NCBI GenBank assembly: GCA_035941575.1
Contig: DASZDV010000187.1
Location: 1-25,810, forward strand
Source: Pyrinomonadaceae bacterium
GTDB lineage: Bacteria; Acidobacteriota; Blastocatellia; Pyrinomonadales; Pyrinomonadaceae
Reading direction: 5' to 3'
Length of the DNA stretch: 25,810 nt
In this document: positions 24,154-25,810 of the stretch, piece after piece
Layout: each line of letters opens with the position of its first letter
How positions within the stretch are numbered: position 1 is the stretch's first letter
Position numbers and translations under genes: made by a program
The notes under the pieces: generated by a model
Told to the model about the DNA's origin: nothing
The model's input: the letters and a program-made list of their open reading frames with translations, nothing else
Database searches by the model: none

Positions 24154-25638
24154 ATGCCTGACTCCCCGGAATCTGTCCAGCTACCAATCAGTTCCATAGT
24201 CCGAGCCGTTTGCGACGCCGCAAAGGGTGGTCCCGATCTGCTTTACGAGGTCATGATCAAAATGAGCCTGATGGTTGAGGCCACGGCTCCAACGTACGGC
24301 TTATCGATCTGGGCCACGCCCGATTCAGGTAAACCGACGCTGCGGTGGGCTGAAGGACTCGAGGAGAGTGAAATCGCCAGCGCTGAAGGCTCGGTTTCCG
24401 AATTGTTCGCGACCAAGGGCCGTCCTGATCCGGCGAAAGAGGGCGATCCGGCGATCTGTCTCTTGCTCGCACTACCGTCGGGCACCCGCGAAGGCGCGGC
24501 GTTGTACGGCCGCTGCGTTCGCCCGTTGACCGCGGAACAGGCAAAAGAACTTAACGCTCTTAGCGACGTGGCCCATCTGGCCCATTCACATCAATCGGCA
24601 GTAACTCCGGTTGGCGCTGCGCCTAAAGCAGCCGTGCCTTCGGCCAATGCACTGCCCGGAATGGTCTTCAGCAGTCGAGCAATGTCGGAAGTAGCTCGGG
24701 ACGTCGAGCGCATCAAGGATTCCAACTCGACCATTCTTGTCACCGGTGAATCGGGCACAGGGAAGGAGCTGATCGCGCGAGCGATTCATCGTCTTAGCAG
24801 ACGATCTGAGAGCGAGTTCATTCCTTTCAACTGCTCGGCAGTGCCGGCTGAACTGATCGAGAGCATGTTGTTTGGACACCGGCGCGGCACATTCACCGGC
24901 GCGATGTCGGACCAGGCTGGTCTAATCCGTTCGGCGGAAAACGGCACTCTGTTTCTCGACGAGATCGGCGATCTGCCGTTGTCCCTTCAGCCTAAATTGT
25001 TGCGATTTCTCCAGGAGGGAGAGATCCACACGCTTGGAGATCGCGCGCCGCGAAAGGTGAACGTAAGGGTCATCGCCGCCACGCACAAGGATCTGGAAGC
25101 TCTCGTCAGCGAGAAGCTCTTTCGTGAAGACCTTTACTACCGGATTGCGACGCTGACGCTCAAGGTGCCGCCGCTGCGCGAGCGTCCTGAAGACATCTCG
25201 ACGTTGATCTCACATTTCGTCAGCCACTACGCGCGGAAGAACGAGCGGCACATTTCTGGAATTACTTCCGACGCGATCCGGATTCTCGAGGCTTACTCAT
25301 GGCCCGGCAATATTCGCGAACTGGGCGCCGAGATCGAACGGCTGGTCCTTTATGCGGAGGACGACGGCTATATTCGTCCTGAGAACATCAGTCCACGCAT
25401 ATGCCCGGCAGGCGCCGCACAGGGGCAGGCAGAACGGCTTGATGATCTGCTCGACGATTATGAGCGCAGAGTCATCACCGAAACCCTGAAGCGGCACGAC
25501 TGTAACGTGGCACGTGCGAGCGAAGCGTTGGGCCTTGGTTCGAGACAAACCCTCTACAAAAAACTCAAGCGCCTCGCGATCGACATCAGCGACTTCCTTC
25601 AGGAAGATACCGAACCCGGCATGCAGTATCGCGCGTAA
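24154..25638 (+). CDS. Sigma54-interaction-domain (AAA+) transcriptional regulator with non-receiver N-terminal domain and Fis-type HTH
   Basis: ILVTGESGTGKELIARAIH, ESMLFGHRRGTFTGA, GTLFLDEIG, LQPKLLRFLQ, FREDLYYR, WPGNIREL and NVARASEALGLGSRQTLYKKL. Start at ATG 24154 or TTG 24148. Confidence 0.93.
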   Translation: MPDSPESVQLPISSIVRAVCDAAKGGPDLLYEVMIKMSLMVEATAPTYGLSIWATPDSGKPTLRWAEGLEESEIASAEGSVSELFATKGRPDPAKEGDPAICLLLALPSGTREGAALYGRCVRPLTAEQAKELNALSDVAHLAHSHQSAVTPVGAAPKAAVPSANALPGMVFSSRAMSEVARDVERIKDSNSTILVTGESGTGKELIARAIHRLSRRSESEFIPFNCSAVPAELIESMLFGHRRGTFTGAMSDQAGLIRSAENGTLFLDEIGDLPLSLQPKLLRFLQEGEIHTLGDRAPRKVNVRVIAATHKDLEALVSEKLFREDLYYRIATLTLKVPPLRERPEDISTLISHFVSHYARKNERHISGITSDAIRILEAYSWPGNIRELGAEIERLVLYAEDDGYIRPENISPRICPAGAAQGQAERLDDLLDDYERRVITETLKRHDCNVARASEALGLGSRQTLYKKLKRLAIDISDFLQEDTEPGMQYRA

Positions 25639-25656
25639 ATCCGTGTCGTCTGTGGT
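25639..25656. repeat. Solo half-copy of the 9-nt-periodic element seen at 13814-13854
   Basis: ATCCGTGTC GTCTGTGGT immediately after the stop codon, compared with ATCTGTGTT ATCTGTGTC. Confidence 0.45.
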
Positions 25657-25810
25657 TTTAGCCACGATCGCCACACAAGGCCCCGCTCTTGTAAACTTCG
25701 GGCGACAAGCGGTAACCACTAATAAAACCAAACAAAAAAGCTTAGATCGACTCCTCACTTGCTCGATGGACCACCCGCAGTTGTCAACCACAGGCTACAA
25801 ACTCCACCCA

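Noticed and set aside
25690-25707. TGT-N12-ACA, TyrR-box-like site
   Set aside because: Only the left half (TGTAAA) matches, and the downstream gene is outside the window.
25297-25791. 164-aa minus-strand ORF
   Set aside because: Mostly antisense to the activator's conserved C-terminal region, with no motifs or SD.
1-25810. Mobile elements, prophage, defence genes, tRNA/rRNA, frameshifted pseudogenes
   Set aside because: No transposase, integrase or phage motifs, no cloverleaf or rRNA signature seen, and all recognised CDSs read intact.

Overview
A roughly 56% GC chromosomal segment. Gene order and protein style suggest Acidobacteriota, probably Blastocatellia/Pyrinomonadaceae-like (inference). 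The left part is the housekeeping run thrS(3' part)-infC-rpmI-rplT-[inserted secreted protein]-pheS-pheT, then zapB-like, zapA, a 6S RNA and ymdB. The centre is an acyl-CoA metabolism neighbourhood: a hot-dog thioesterase, an MCC/GCC-type carboxyltransferase beta subunit, a two-part AtuA-family protein, a LiuC/AtuE-like hydratase and a two-subunit B12-dependent acyl-CoA mutase. The mutase's specificity residues (Phe/Gln) match isobutyryl-CoA mutase rather than methylmalonyl-CoA mutase. Secreted proteins and an Oar-like TonB-dependent receptor are interleaved. The right part holds an FtsB/FtsL-like gene coupled to a phosphohexomutase and a divergent sigma54-type activator. No transposase, integrase, CRISPR array, tRNA or rRNA was seen. 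The best leads are: (1) a possible B12-mutase plus Atu/Liu-like branched acyl-CoA pathway; (2) an orphan promoter-antiterminator-terminator unit at 8848-8974 with no gene to control; (3) short 7/8/9-nt-periodic intergenic elements that overlap start codons, stop codons or promoter boxes; (4) an operator-like TTGAAC array ahead of the activator. All motif calls were made by eye and need computational confirmation.
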